Source: Mobula hypostoma
Taxonomy: Eukaryota
Reading direction: 5' to 3'
DNA length: 64,000 nt
Assembly: GCF_963921235.1 (NCBI RefSeq)
Contig: NC_086109.1
Coordinates: forward strand, 7,070,001-7,134,000
Under the pieces are notes generated by a model, which saw nothing but the letters and a program-made list of their open reading frames with translations, ran no database searches and was not told where the DNA came from. Below are positions 35,835-48,850 of this stretch, piece by piece. How positions within the stretch are numbered: the stretch's first letter is position 1; each line of letters starts with the position of its first letter. The position numbers were made by a program, and so were the translations under genes.

Positions 35835-38800
35835 CGCCAGAAATCTTGGTACAAATTGGCACCAATGACATAGGTAGACAAGGTGAGGAGATCCTGAACA
35901 GAGAGTTTAGAGGGCTTGTTCGAAAGCTGAAGAACAGGACCTCCAGGGTAGTAGTCTCTGGATTGCTGCCTGTGCCATGTGCCAGTGAGAGTAGGAATAA
36001 GATGATTTGGCAGATGAATGTGTGGCTGGAACAGGTGAAGGGTTTCAGATTTCTGGATCATTGGGATCTCTTCTGGGGAAGGTATGACCTGTATCAAAGG
36101 GATGGGTGACACCTGAAGTGGTGAAGTTTGTTGTCATTTAACAATATACCGTATATAATGTATAGAACCACATAATGCATATAGAAATGAGACACCGTTT
36201 CTTCCAACCAGGCTGTAAAGCACAGCCGTACTCATAACACACAATAATTTATGAAAGTCAGGATGAAGTCTACAGATGAATCACACATAAATAACAAACT
36301 AAAATGCATTAATATTAAATATTGTAAATATTGATAACCAATTATCCAGTGACACTTTGAATATGATACAGCAGGGAGTTAAGAAGCCTAATGGCCTGAG
36401 GGAAGAAACTGCTTCCTATCCTGACTGTTCCTGTTTTTATGCATCGGAGTCTCCTGCCTGATGGTAGAAAGTCAAAGAGGATGCTGGATGGATGGGTAGG
36501 ATCCTTAATAATATTAAGGGTCCTGCATACTTAACAATCCTGGTAAGTGTCCCCGATGGATGGTAGGGAGACCCCAATGATCTTCTCAGCTGTTCTCACA
36601 GTCCTTTGTCGGGATTTGCGGTCTGATGCTCGGCTGCTCCCGTACCAGATGGAGATGCAACTTGTCAGGATGGTCTCAATGGTGCTCCTGGAAAACACAG
36701 TTAAGATGGGGGGGTGGGAGCCTCACGCCTCAATCTCTTTAGGAAATGGAGACGCTGCTGTGCCTTCTTGTTCAGGGAGGTGATATTAAGGGACCAGGAG
36801 ATACCATTGTGATGTGAACTCCCAGGAACATGGTGCACTTAACTCTCTCCACGGAGAAGCCTTGTATTTGCAGAGGGGGATGGTTCATCTGCTCCTTCCT
36901 GACATCCACGATGATTTCCTTTGTCTCCTCCACTTTCAGGCTTGGGTTGTTCTCACACCAATCCACCAGCCGCTTCACTTCCCCTCCATACTCCGTCTCA
37001 GCCTCGTTCTTCATAAGGCCAGCCACTGTTGTGTCATCTGTAAACTTGATGACATGGTTTGAACTGAAGTCATGGCAGTGTGAACAGCAGCGGGTTGAGC
37101 ACAAAGCCTTGGGGAGCGCCAGTGCTCAGCGTAATGGGACAAGAGATGTTGCTGCCTGCGTGGACTGACCGTGTCCTTCCTGTTAAGAACCCAAGGGGGA
37201 GGGGCGAATATCCTTGCAGACAGGTTTGCTTGAACTGTTGGGGAGGATTTAAACTAATTTGGCAGGGGAGTGGAAACTGAGTGATAGAGATGAGGACGGG
37301 GCGGTTGGTGTACAAGCAGAGGCTGTGTGTAGTGAGACTGTCAGGAAGGACAGGCTGAGAATAGGGCAAAATTGCAGACAGTGGGATGAGTGGCAGTGTG
37401 ACAAGGAGACAAAATCGAAAAGTGTGATGAATACAGGACAGAAGGTGTTATATCTGAATGCATGCAGTATACATAATAACAAAGATTATCTTGTAGTGCG
37501 GTTGGAGATTGCCAGGTATGACGTCGTGGACATCACTGAGTCAAGGCTGAAAGAATATCACTGGGGGAGCTAAACATCCAAGGGTATACATTGCACCGAA
37601 AGAGAGGGCAGGAAATCAGAGGGGTGGTGTGGCTCCTTCAGTCAAAAAAAAAAATCAAATCAAATCCTTAGAAAGAGATGACATGCAATCAAAAATGTAC
37701 AATCGTTGTGGGCAGAATTAAGGAACTGCAAGGGTAAAAGGACCCGACGGGACGGCAGAGTAGTGTAGTGGTTGGCACAATTCTTTACAGTGCCAGCAAC
37801 CCAGGCTCAATACCCATTGCTGTCTGTAAGGTATTTGAATGTACTACCCGTGACCGCGTGGGTTTCCTCCAAGTGCCCTGGTTTCCTCTCACAGTCCAAA
37901 GATGTACCAGTTGGTAGGTTAATTGGTTAATGTAAATTGTCCCATGATTAGTCTAGGGTTAAATTTGGGGATTGCTGGGTGGCAAATGTATCAGTATAAC
38001 AGTGGAGTAAAGGGAATTACAGAGGCATGAGAGAGAAGCTGGCCAAAGTTGATTGGAAGGGAACACCAGCAGGGCTGACGGCAGAGCAGCAATGGCTGGA
38101 GTTTGTGGGAGCAATTAGGAAGGCGCAATATAGATACATTCCAACGAAGAAGTATTCAAAAGGCAGGATGACACCACTGTCGCTGACAAGGGAAGCCAAA
38201 GCCAACATAGAAGCAAAATTGAGGGCATATAATAGAGCAAAAATTAGTGGGAAATTAGAGGACTGGGAAGCTTTTAAAAGTCAACAGAGGGCAACTAAAA
38301 AGCTGTAAGGAGGGAAAAGATGAGATATGAAGGTAAGCTAGACAATAATATTAAAGTTTTTTTCAGGTATATAAAATATCATGGTCCGGTCCGTGATGTC
38401 CGTATTCCAGTTCACGGTCTAGTCCATCGACCCTTGCTCCAGGTTTTCCTATCTACCCTGTTTCTGTTCTTGTTGAGCTAATTGAGGCAGCTGATTCTCA
38501 TTGGGGCTGGCTGCATAAATACCTTCAGAACCAGGGTGTGGCGGCTGGATTGTTCTTGTCTTTATTCCTTGTATCCCTTCCTCTGCCTTCTGTTTCCTCA
38601 CCTGAAGCCCTGCCCTGCCTTGTCTTGCTGGTAACTCTTGCCTCATCTCACCTGCAGTCTTGTCCTGGAGCCACCCTGTACCTAGCTCCCTTCCTGTCCC
38701 TTGCCTCTGCCCAGGTAAGCCAGGCGGTCTTGCCGTTACCTGCGGTTGGTTCTGTCCCTTCCTGTCCCTTGCCTCCGTCTGGTAAGCCAGGCGGTCTTGC

Positions 38801-40340
38801 CGTTACCTGCGGTTGGTTCTGTCCCTTCCTGTCCCATGCCTCCATCGGGTGATGAACCGTGCCCTGCCCAGGAGTACTGTGCCCTGCTCAGGTGAACCGC
38901 GCCCTGCCCAGGTGAACCGCACCCTGCCCCAAAGGAGCCTGCCTAGCCTCAAGCCTGAAGACTCCAGCCTCCTGCCTAGCCTCAAACCTGAAGACTCCTG
39001 CCTCCTGCCTAGCCTCAAACCTGAAGACTCCTGCCTCCTGCCTCCTGCCAAGCCTCGCCTCAACTCTCTAAGACTCCAACCTCATCCTGCTTGCCTGCCA
39101 AGCCTCGTCCTTGCCTAGTTCTGGGGTCCGAGCCAGAGGCAAGACCCAGGTACTGGGTCCTTGTCCAGTCTCTGGCTCAGAGTCCAAGCCTGGGCTCCTA
39201 GCTCTCTTGTCCAGTCCTGTTCCAGGTTCCTGGTTTTCCTGTCCATGTCCTTGCCATTGCCCTGTATCCTAGTCCTGTCCCTAGTACTTTAGTGTCTGTG
39301 TCTTGCACTTGGATCCATTCCCAGCCACCTCCATATGACATAAAGAGTGAAAAAGAGGCAAGAGTGGATATCAAATCACTGGAAAGTGATGCTGGAGAGG
39401 TAGTAATGGGGTCAAGGAAATGGAGGATGAACTGAATAAGTATTTTGTGTCAGTCTTCACTGTGGAGGAAACTAGCATTATGCCAGAAGTTTGAGAGGGT
39501 CGAGGGCAGAAGTGAGTGCAGTTGCTATTACTAAGGAGGTGCTTGGGAAGCTGAAAGGTCTGACGGTACTTAAGTCACCTAGAACAGGTGAATTCACCCC
39601 AATGTTCTGAAAAAGGGAGCTGAAGAAATTGTGGAGGGTAGTTATGAAAGATTATGGGGTGTTAGCTTTCATAAGTCGAGGGATAGAGTTTAAGAGTCGT
39701 GATGTAATGATGCAGCTCTATAAAACTCTGGTTAGGCCACACTTGGAGTACTGTGTCCAGTTCTGGTCGCCTCACTATAGAAAGGATGTGGAAGCATTGG
39801 AAAGGGTACGGAGGAGATTTACCAGGATGCTGCCTGGTTTAGAGAGTATGCATTATGATCAGAGTTTAAGGGAGCTAGGGCTTTACTCTTTGGAGAGAAG
39901 GAGGATGAGAGGAGACATGATAGAGGTGTACAAGCTAATAAAAGGAATAAATAGAGTGGATAGCCAGCGCCTCTTTCCCAGGGCACCACTGCTCAATACA
40001 AGAGGACATGGTTTTAAGGTAAGGGGTGGGAAGTTCAAGGGGGATATTAGAGGAAGGTTTTTTACTCAGAGAGTGGTTGGTGCGTGGAATGCACTGCCTG
40101 AGTCAGTGGTGGAGGCAGATACACTAGTGAAGTTTAAGAGACTACTAGACAGGAATATGGAGGAATTTAAGGTGGGGGCATATGGGAGGCAGGGATTGAG
40201 GGTCAGCACAACATTGTGGGCTGAAGGGCCTCTACTGTGCTGTACTATTCTATGTTTTATGTTCTATGTTATTAGTCATGATCTTTCAAGAATCACTGGA
40301 TTCTGGCATGGTTCCAGAGGACTGGAAAATTTCAAATATT
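35835..40340 (+). mobile_element. Old CR1 (ORF1 SGNH-esterase remnant and ORF2 endonuclease) split by nested Rex1 (36120-37186 minus), V-SINE (37750-37985), solo LTR (38377-39340) and a younger CR1 3' end (39644-40268)
   Basis: VQIGTNDIGR...RVVVSGLLPVP (CR1 ORF1); YLNACSI..YDVVDITESRL (endonuclease start); host sequence resumes across each insertion. Confidence 0.8.
38377..39340 (+). mobile_element. Solo LTR (about 960 bp) with internal tandem repeats
   Basis: TATCATG (decayed TGTCATG)...TATGACA termini; near-TSD TAAAA/TAAAG; TATA-like GCATAAATA near 38512; 33-bp repeats near 38938-39045. Confidence 0.7.
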
Positions 40341-42057
40341 CAAGGAGCAAAATCTTTGTTGTTCTGTACTATCAAATAAATGGTCCCTTAGTATGATAAA
40401 AATTGTCTCTTGACCTCACAATCTACCTTGTCATGGCCCCTGCACCTTATTGACTCCCTGCGCCGCACTTTCTCTGTAACTGTAACACTTCATTCTACAT
40501 TCTGTTATAGGTTTCCCTCTGTACTAACTTGATGGTGTTCTGTTTGCAACGATACATCTGGATGGTATGCAAAACTTAGTCCAGACATTTGTCTCTAACT
40601 TGGGGCACTGACCCAACAGCTTCTGACCCAGGGATCACCGCGTCCCCCACTGAACCATGCAGCGGCTCAACGCCTGGGCAACAGCTTCCTCCAGGGAGGA
40701 CGGTTTGTGAAGCTTGTTTATCTTGAAGTTGCAAAATGTGGCGTGAAGCTATGTCCGTTATTGAAAGCGCTGCTTCTTAAAGGTACTACAGGGCCGCTGT
40801 GCCAAGCACAGGGCCCAGTCCCCATCTGGAAGCTGTTTCTGTGGAAACATTTTTTCCAGTTAAATTCACACATGCTTCAAACTGTCACTGATCTGGGCCC
40901 AGAAATATTTTAAAAAGTTACGGGAGTTGCCAAGCACATGCGGAGCATTATGAAAGAGGGTCCTGTTAAAGGGACAGCTCCCCAGCAGATCATGTTAACA
41001 GCTAGGGCAGGTAGTGGGGGCGGAATGGAGTTCTGGCTTCTGACCAGGGCAGTGAGTTAAAGACATCCCCTGGACTCAGTAATGCACACGTACACACAAA
41101 ATGCTGGAGAGTTCAAGCAGCATCTATGAAGAGGAGTAAACAGTCCTGATGAAGGGTCTCAGCCCAGAACACCGACTCTTCATTCCTCTCCATGGGTGCC
41201 TGCCGTCTGGTGGTGACCAATGTGACCATGTGCGAGTTACACCTGTTTGATAAATTACTAAACCATATATATCTTTGAAATGTAAGGGGAAACTGAAGCC
41301 CCCAGAGGAAATCGAAAAGGACACAGGGAGAAAGTACAGCTTCTTATAGACAACAGTGAAAATTGAACCATAACTGCAACTCTTAGTAAGGGCAGCAAAG
41401 GTTATGGGGAGAAGGCAGGAAAATGGGGATGAGAAGGAAAGTAAATCAGCCAAGATCAAATAACTCGATGTGCCCTAATTCTGCTCCTTTGTCTTACAGT
41501 CTTGCCTTCGCTTTCTCTGGTCAATGAGATCTCCAGTCCCTGGGCCCTGACCTGTGTAGGGGAGCCCAGCTGATACTATCATTATCTGGAGACACGGGAG
41601 GCCGCAGATGCTGGAATCTGGAGCAGCGCACAATCTAGCCGCTGAGTCTGTGTCTTGACCTCAAACGTCAGTGAATCGTTGCCCCCACAGATGCTGCTCG
41701 ACCCCCTGTGCTCTCCCAGCAGGCTGTTGGTTGCTGTCATTATCTGACATGCCAACACTGTTCTCCACGGGTGTGAGATTGTTTTGGCTAAGAGAGAGGC
41801 CATTCTGCTCACTGAGTCTGTGCTGGCCCCTGTGCAGACAAGGAAATCATTTGTAAACATTTCACAGCTCTAAATTCACACACTTGGCAAATTGAGGGAC
41901 TGCTCAGTTCCTTCCAAAGGTCAGATAGACCATAGATTCAGAGTCATTAAGTCATACAGCACGACACCAGGGCCTTCGGACCAACTGGTCCATGCCAAAC
42001 AAGAATTCCGTTTAAGAAAATCCCATTTGCCCACATTTGGCCTATATTCAACTAAAC

Positions 42058-42843
42058 CAGGGATTCTTAACCTTTTTTACGCCATGAGCCCCTTTGTCAG
42101 TCCGGTGAAGCCGAGGGACCCCTTTGTCACTCAATGAAGCCTATGGATCCCTTTCTCAGAACAACGTATTTCAATATATAAAATAAAATAGCTAGGATTA
42201 CAAAAGAAACTGATGATATTGAAATACAGTTATCAAATGTTAAAAAACAAATTTGTGATCTAGTAATGTATCTGCTTTATTAACACATATTAATAAGATT
42301 ATATATTTAAATATAGGCAAGTTCAAATTAAATTTTATTTTGTAAAGACATGTCAGTGTGAAGGCTGTTTTTGAAACTACCTCACTACTTTTTATTTCCA
42401 TATTTCTACTATTTATTTAATTTAACTATTTAACATATTATTACTGTAATTCATGTTTTCTTCTATTATCATGTTTTGCATTGAACTGCTTCCGCAAAGA
42501 CAACGAATTTCACGACGTGCCAGTGATATTAAACCCTGATTCTGATTCTGCTCAGCTTGAATAAGAACATTAAACTGTGGGGTGATCTTTGATGGAGTAA
42601 CATGCAAGTCATGTTGGATGTCCAATCGATTTCAACTTTTTGTTTCAATGGTTACAAGTATTGTAAACCCTGATTCATAAAGGTGTGTTGTTGCCTACAT
42701 TCATAATTGAAGGGAATGCTAAATTTCAGTGACGGTTTGGTGAAAACAAAGATGTATTTTTTTCCCTATCCAAATGCACGGACCCCCTGAAATCTATCCA
42801 AAGATCCCCAAGGGGTCTGTGGACCCCAGGTTAAGAACCACTG
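42058..42843. mobile_element. hAT Charlie-like MITE
   Basis: TIRs CAGGGATTCTTAACC / GGTTAAGAACCACTG; partial TSD AACTAAAC / CTCTAAAC. Confidence 0.75.
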
Positions 42844-43261
42844 CTCTAAACCTTTCCTGTCATGGACCTGTCCAACGACCTGTTAACTGCTGTTAATGTA
42901 CCTGCCCTCAACCACTTCCTCAGCACCCCATACACCTTCTGACATGCTCTAGGTGACAAGGTTACCCCTCACTTTCCTACTAAATCTTTCCTTGTGATCT
43001 TAAAGCTATACCCCCAGCTCTTGATTCCCTAACCCTCAGACAAAGACTGTACACTTTCGCCCTATCTCTGCCCCTCATAATTTTATACACTTCTATAAGA
43101 TCACCTGTCATTCTCCAATGCTGCAATGAAAAAAGTCCCAATTTGCCCAGACTTTCTCCATAACCTCACTCCGTCGAGTCCTGGCAATCAACTCGTAAAT
43201 CTCCTCTTCACTCTTTCCTATAGCAGGGCGACTGAAACTGAAAACAATATTCAAAACGCGG

Positions 43262-43470
43262 AAACACGAGTTCTGCAGATGCTGGAAATTCAAGCAACAC
43301 ACATCAAAGTTGCTGGTGAATGCAACAGGCCAGGCAGCATCTCTAGGAAGAAGTACAGTCCACGTTTCTGGCTGAGACCCTTGGGTCTCGGCCCAAAATG
43401 ATGACTGTACCTCTTCCTAGAGATGCTGCTCTGGCCTGCTGCGTTCACCAGCAACTTTGATGTGTGTTGT
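43262..43470. mobile_element. Palindromic Penelope-derived insertion in a minus-strand CR1, 14-bp TSD
   Basis: TSD TATTCAAAACGCGG (43248-43261) vs TATTCAAAATGTGG (43471-43484), differing by two CpG transitions. Confidence 0.8.
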
Positions 43471-45424
43471 TATTCAAAATGTGGTCTCACCAACATCTTG
43501 TACAACTGCAATATAACATCCCAACTTCTCCCGATTGATGAGCGCCAGTGTGCCAAACACCTTCTTCACCACCCACCTTGTCTACTGACGATCCACTTTC
43601 AGGGGACTATGTACTTGTACTTCCAGATTCCTCTATTCAACACTGCTTCCCATGGTTCTGCTGTTCACGGTGAAAGTCCTACCCTCATAAGTCTTCCCAA
43701 AATGCAACACCTCACATGTCACCAAATGAAACTCCATTTGTTATTCCTCAGCCAACTCACCCAGCTGATCAAAATCCCCCGGTAAGTCCTGATAACCATC
43801 TTATTGTCAACAGTGACACCTATTTCAGTGTCATCTGTGAACTTGCTTACCATGTCTTGTACATTCTCATCCGAGTTGCAGGGAAGACTGACAGCAATGG
43901 ACCTAACTCCAGCTCCTGGAGATCACCATAACTGTGGGCCTCCAGCCCAAGAAAAAATCTTCCCCCATCACCTTCTGATTCTTATCATTAAGACATGCCT
44001 GGATCCCATGAGGTACCATGTGGAACCTGATCAAAGACTTTACCGAGGTACATTTGACCAGGACTTTAACCTTGTCTTTAATCAGAATCAAAAACAGAAT
44101 CAGTGACATACTGTATGTCATGAAATCAGTGGTTTTGCAGCAGCATTTCAGTATCATATATAAATATTACCGCAAGATACAATAAGAGATAAAAATGTGC
44201 AAAAACAGCCAAGATAGTCTGGTAGTGTTCATGGGTTCGGGAGCGGGGAAGCTGTTCCTAAAATATCGAGTGTGGGTCTTCAGGCTCCTGGAGCTTCTCC
44301 CTGACGGTAGTAATGAGAAGGGGACATGTCATGGATGGTGAGGGTTAATAACGGATACCACCTCATTGCAGTACTTCCTTTTGAAGGTGACCTTGATGGT
44401 GGGGAGGGTGGAGTCCTTGGCAGAGCTGGCTCGGTCTACAACCCCCTGTAGCTGTTTCTGATTGTGTGCGTTGGAGCCTGCCAACCCGACTGGTGATGCA
44501 ACCAGTCAGAGTACTTTCCATGGATATCGGTAAATTTGCTGGACTCTCCTCCTGCTCCATGACTTCTTTGTAATTGCATCAATATCTTGGGCCCAGAGTA
44601 GATCCTCTGAGATATCGATGCCCAAGAACTTGAAGCTGCTGACCCCTGAATGAGGACCGGTGTGTGTTCCCCTGACTTCCCCTTCCTGAAATCTACAATC
44701 GATTCCTCTTTTACACCCTCTCCAGGATCTTCACACCCTTCCTAATATACTTCACTTGACTATACAGGTTCAAAGAACCACCTCGTTTTGTAGTCTTTGC
44801 CACTGTTTACAGACTCCAGACTCTCATATGCGTCTGTCAGCACCCCGGCCACTTGAAGCAGTTATACACATCAATATTCATCTCCTTTTGCCTCTGTATA
44901 CATCATATTTCCTGCCAAAGTATATCACTTTACCTTTCAAAGACAAAGTGTGCTGTTTACTCAAAATCTCATTCTTGTCTCTTTCAGCTCTGACTGTGTG
45001 GTGGATGTTTTGATTGAAAATGATTCCCTGCTTTAGCCAAACTTTTCGATAATGCTCCACCTCACTGTGGACTTTGAATGAAAAAATCCATCTGGCAGAA
45101 GCTTCCAGAAATAATGCTGTACATCATTGCAGAGAGACAGATCAATCATCTCCAGTTAATGAGGATCCCTGAGTGCTTAAAGACGGCTTTGGCATCTGTG
45201 AGAAAGTTTTGATTTAGGGAGTAACTTTTAAGAGTGTATCCTTTACTTATTACAGTAATATGAAGTATAGAGAAATTCCAGTCTTCACCGTTATGATTTC
45301 TGTATGTTTCGCACATGTTTATGGCAGTTCCATCATGTGATGATGTCTTCAATGTGCCTGGCATTTTGTTCTCCCCCCCCCCCAGGGTATCACAGTGGCG
45401 TAGTGGTTAACATAGACCATTAAG

Positions 45425-45809
45425 CACCCCTCCAAGAGGACCACAACCTCGTCGCTGGTATTGGAGGCTTGTGTGCCTCAGTGACCCGGAGAGCTATGCT
45501 GGCTGGAGTCAGGGCTTTTATGCTTTGGCTCTTGGTAGGGTCACTCATGCCAAACAGGTCAAAGGGTAGAGGCCAGACTAAGAGTGGTCAATCAGTCAGG
45601 GGTTCAGCTCAGGGCTAACAAACCTGACTGATCAAACAAAATTGTTACAGAAACAGCAATGAAGAATCCTTCTACATCTGAGTGTGACGGTATTCCTGAG
45701 ACTCCAGCTGGACCTTGCATAACTGAAAACTGAGAGGAAGCTACTAACGTTATGAACACCATCAGAGTTAGAGGACCCTCATTGCTGCCCTGAACACCAG
45801 TGGCATAAC
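45425..45809 (+). mobile_element. Bipartite non-autonomous RTE element (5'UTR plus 3' end) inserted into a V-SINE head
   Basis: Expander/RTE-like 5'UTR and RTE-like 3' end TTGCTGCCCTGAACACCAGTGGCATAAC; SINE A box at about 45395 resumes at about 45810. Confidence 0.7.
45429..45589 (+). ncRNA. Candidate HDV-like ribozyme at the 5' end of the RTE-derived element
   Basis: P1 CCUCCAA/UUGGAGG, P2 GACCAC/GUGGUC, P3 ACC/GGU, L3 UCGUCGCU, J4/2 CUAA (C 45578), large P4. Confidence 0.6.
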
Positions 45810-46569
45810 AGTGCCAGCAACCCAGGTTAAATTCCTGCCACTCTCTGTAAGGAGTTTGTACGTTCTCCCCTTGGCTGCGAGGCTTTCTGTACAATAGAGG
45901 CTGTTAGACACGTGAATATACAGGGAATAGAGGCATGTGGTTCCTATACAGGCAAAAGGGAGTTAGTTTAATCTAGTCTAGCGTTCAGCACAGACATTGT
46001 GGGCAGAAGTGTTGTACTGTTCTTTGTTTGTGGCAAACGATCTAGATTTGACTTTGTCTGCACAACATTCCCAGACCCTTGGCCCAGTGGTCACTTTGAT
46101 TACAGTGCCTGGGCCAGGGGACACTTGCAGGCTAACCAGCTGTCATCACTGATTTGACTTGACACAAACGATGCATTTCTCAATGTGTTTCGGTGTACGT
46201 GTGTCAAATAAAGAAATTCTAAACTTTCTCATCAAATCTAACAATCAAAGAGCTCCATATCTTGAGGGGATATGTTCGTGGGTCTGTCCTGGGTGATTCA
46301 GTATTCCCCTCACTCTCTCTGTTCTGTGCTCTCAGCCCCACTCCCCTCCCACAGCCAGCCACTACATTTGACCACGGAGAGGGAACTTTAACAGCGCTAG
46401 ATTAGCACAGGGTTAAATCCAATCTGGGCAGGATTCAAGGAGCAATTCGTGTCCAGAGTTTCATGGAACACCTAGTCCCAGAGTGTCCAGCCAATACAAA
46501 CTATTTCTCAGTGTCTCTTAAATAACTGTGTACCCAATGACTTTAGTTCCTCAGGAAGCAAAAGAAATT

Positions 46570-46795
46570 TCGTATGTATCCTTTGACTTGTTGTCGTTCC
46601 GCTTCACACCTTGTGGCACATCAGACGGCAAGCTTACCGTTTCTTTAGCATTTGTCTGTTTTTTACGAGGCCGATTTTCTAGTTTGACACTCACCCCAGC
46701 AGGAATGGAAAGTGTACAAGGAGCCGGCCGGATTCGAACCCGGCACCACTCGCCTTGAAGTCCAGTGTAGATGCCACTACACCAGCGGCCAGCTA
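46570..46795 (-). mobile_element. tRNA-derived SINE
   Basis: A box TGGTGTAGTGG and B box GGTTCGAATCC; body related to the SINE at 50736-50880. Confidence 0.7.
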
Positions 46796-47189
46796 CCCTT
46801 TGACTTACCAAGGGTTAATGTATGAGGAGTGCTTGATGGCTCTGGCCTGTATTTGAAAGAGTTTAGAAGAATGAGGAGATCTTATTGAAACCTATCAAAT
46901 ATCGAAAGGCCAAGATAGAGTGGACATGGAGAGGATATTTCCAAGAGTGGGTACTTGGACAATAGCTTGTAATGGCCTTGCGCCTTATTATCCATCTACA
47001 TTACTCTTTCTCTGTAATAGTAACATTATATTCTGTAGTGCCACAGACAGAATGGTGGAGGAACTCAGCAGGTCAGGCAGCATCTTATGGAAACAAATAA
47101 ACAGTCGATGTTTTGTGCTGAGACCCTTCTTCAGGACAGGAAAAGAAGGGGGAAGATGCTAAAACAAAAAAGGTGAGGGACGGGAAGGA

Positions 47190-47482
47190 GGGCCCAGGGG
47201 AGGTGATAGGTGAAGACAGGAGGGACTGGGACTGGACAGGGACTGGGAAAGGTAAAGGGACTGGGACTGGACAGGGACTGGGAGAGGAAGGAATCTGATA
47301 AGAGACGAGAGTGGACCACAAGGGAATGAGGAGTGGACCCAGGGGAGGTGATAGGTGAAGACAGGAGGGAGTGGGACTGGACAGGGACTGGGAAAAGTAA
47401 AGGGCTGGAGAGGAAGGAATCTGATAGGAGACGAGAGTGGACCACAAGGGAATGAGGCGAGAACCCAGGGGAGGTGATAGGC
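47190..47482. repeat. Local tandem duplication (about 145 bp) of a purine-rich Penelope-derived segment
   Basis: CCAGGGGAGGTGATAGG recurs near 47194, 47339 and 47465; GGACTGGACAGGGACTGGG repeated. Confidence 0.75.
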
Positions 47483-47789
47483 AGGTAGAAAAGAGGAAGA
47501 GGCCAGAGTGAGAAATAGAAGAAGAGAGGAGGGAAGGGATATTCTGTATTCTGTTTTTGTTTTTCCCTTGTTCTACTTTGACATTCTGATGAAATAATCT
47601 CTATGGATGGCAAGCAACAAAAATCCTTTCATTGTACCCATCACATGTGACAATAATAAACCAATTTACTAAATTTACAACCAAACCAACATCCGAATCA
47701 TCCTCAATTCAGAGTCTCAATGCCTTGTCCAAACAAAGGCTCCTTGTAGTGTGGGCAGACAATAAAATGCAAGACCATTACAAGGTTCA

Positions 47790-48850
47790 ATGCTCAAAGT
47801 AAGTACATATACGTCACCAGATACAAACTTGAGATTCACGTTCTTGCGTGCAACCACAGTCAATACAAGAGGCACGACAGAATCATTGAAAGACCACATC
47901 GAACAGGACAGACAACAACCAACGTGCAAAAGAGAACAAACTGTGCAAATACAAAAAGAAAGAGAAAAAATTAATAATAATAATAATAATAAAAAAAATA
48001 AACAATAAAAATAGAGAACATGAGATGAAGAGTCCTCGAAAGTGTGTCTAGTTCAGTGGGAAGAGTTCAATCATGGGGCAAGTGAAGTTGAGTGAAGTTA
48101 GCCCCTCTGGTTCAAGAGCCTGATGGTTGAGGGGTAATAGCTGTTCCTGATCATGGTGGTGAGAGTCCTGAGTCTTCTGTACCTGCTACCTGATGGCAGC
48201 AACAAGACGAGAGCATGGCCTGGGTGGTGGGGTTCCCTGATGATCGATGCTGCTTTCCTGAGACAGCCGTCCATGCAGATGTGCACAATGGTGAGGAGGG
48301 TTTTACCCGTGATGGGCTCGGCTTTATCCACTACTTTTTGTAGGCTTTTCCATTTAAGGACATTGGTGTTTTCATACCAAGGCTGTGATGTAACCAGTCA
48401 ATATACTCCTCACGCAACACACATTGAAGTTGCTGGTGAACGCAGCAGGCCAGGCAGCATCTCTAGGAAGAGGTGCAGTCGACGTTTCAGGCCGAGACCC
48501 TTCGTCAGGACTCTCCACCACTCCTCTATAGAAGCTTGTCAAAGTTTTAGATGACATGCTGGATCTTTGCAAATTTCTATGAAAGTAGAGACACTGCTGT
48601 GCTTTCTTCATAATGGCACTTAAGTGCTGGACCCAGGACAGATCCTCTGAAATGATTACACAGAGGAATTTAAAGTTGCTGACCCTCGGCACTGATCCAC
48701 AGGGGAGGACTAGATTATGGACCTCCAGCTTCCTCCTTCTCAAGTCAATAATTGGCTCCGTGGTCTTGCTGACGCTGAGCAAGAGGTTATTGTTGTGGCA
48801 CCACTCAGCCAGATTTTCAATCTCCCTTCTATGTGCTGATTCGTTATGAG
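47790..48850 (-). mobile_element. Rex1/Babar LINE 3' fragment with a Penelope pLTR fragment inserted at about 48414-48512
   Basis: LSVSKTTEPIIDLRR..FKFLCVIISEDLSW and CLRKAASIIREPHHPGH peptides. Confidence 0.75.
48477..48512 (-). ncRNA. Penelope-type minimal type I hammerhead ribozyme motif with intact core
   Basis: AGUC CUGACGA AGGGUCUCGGCCU GAAA CGUC GACU: stem I AGUC/GACU, both conserved core boxes, GUC triplet. Confidence 0.7.

Noticed and set aside
38448..39118. Overlapping ORFs with repeated LKPEDS peptides
   Set aside because: They are translations of tandem repeats inside a solo LTR
46715..46795. tRNA gene (also 50800-50880 and V-SINE heads)
   Set aside because: A and B boxes are present, but there is no full cloverleaf and each continues into a SINE body
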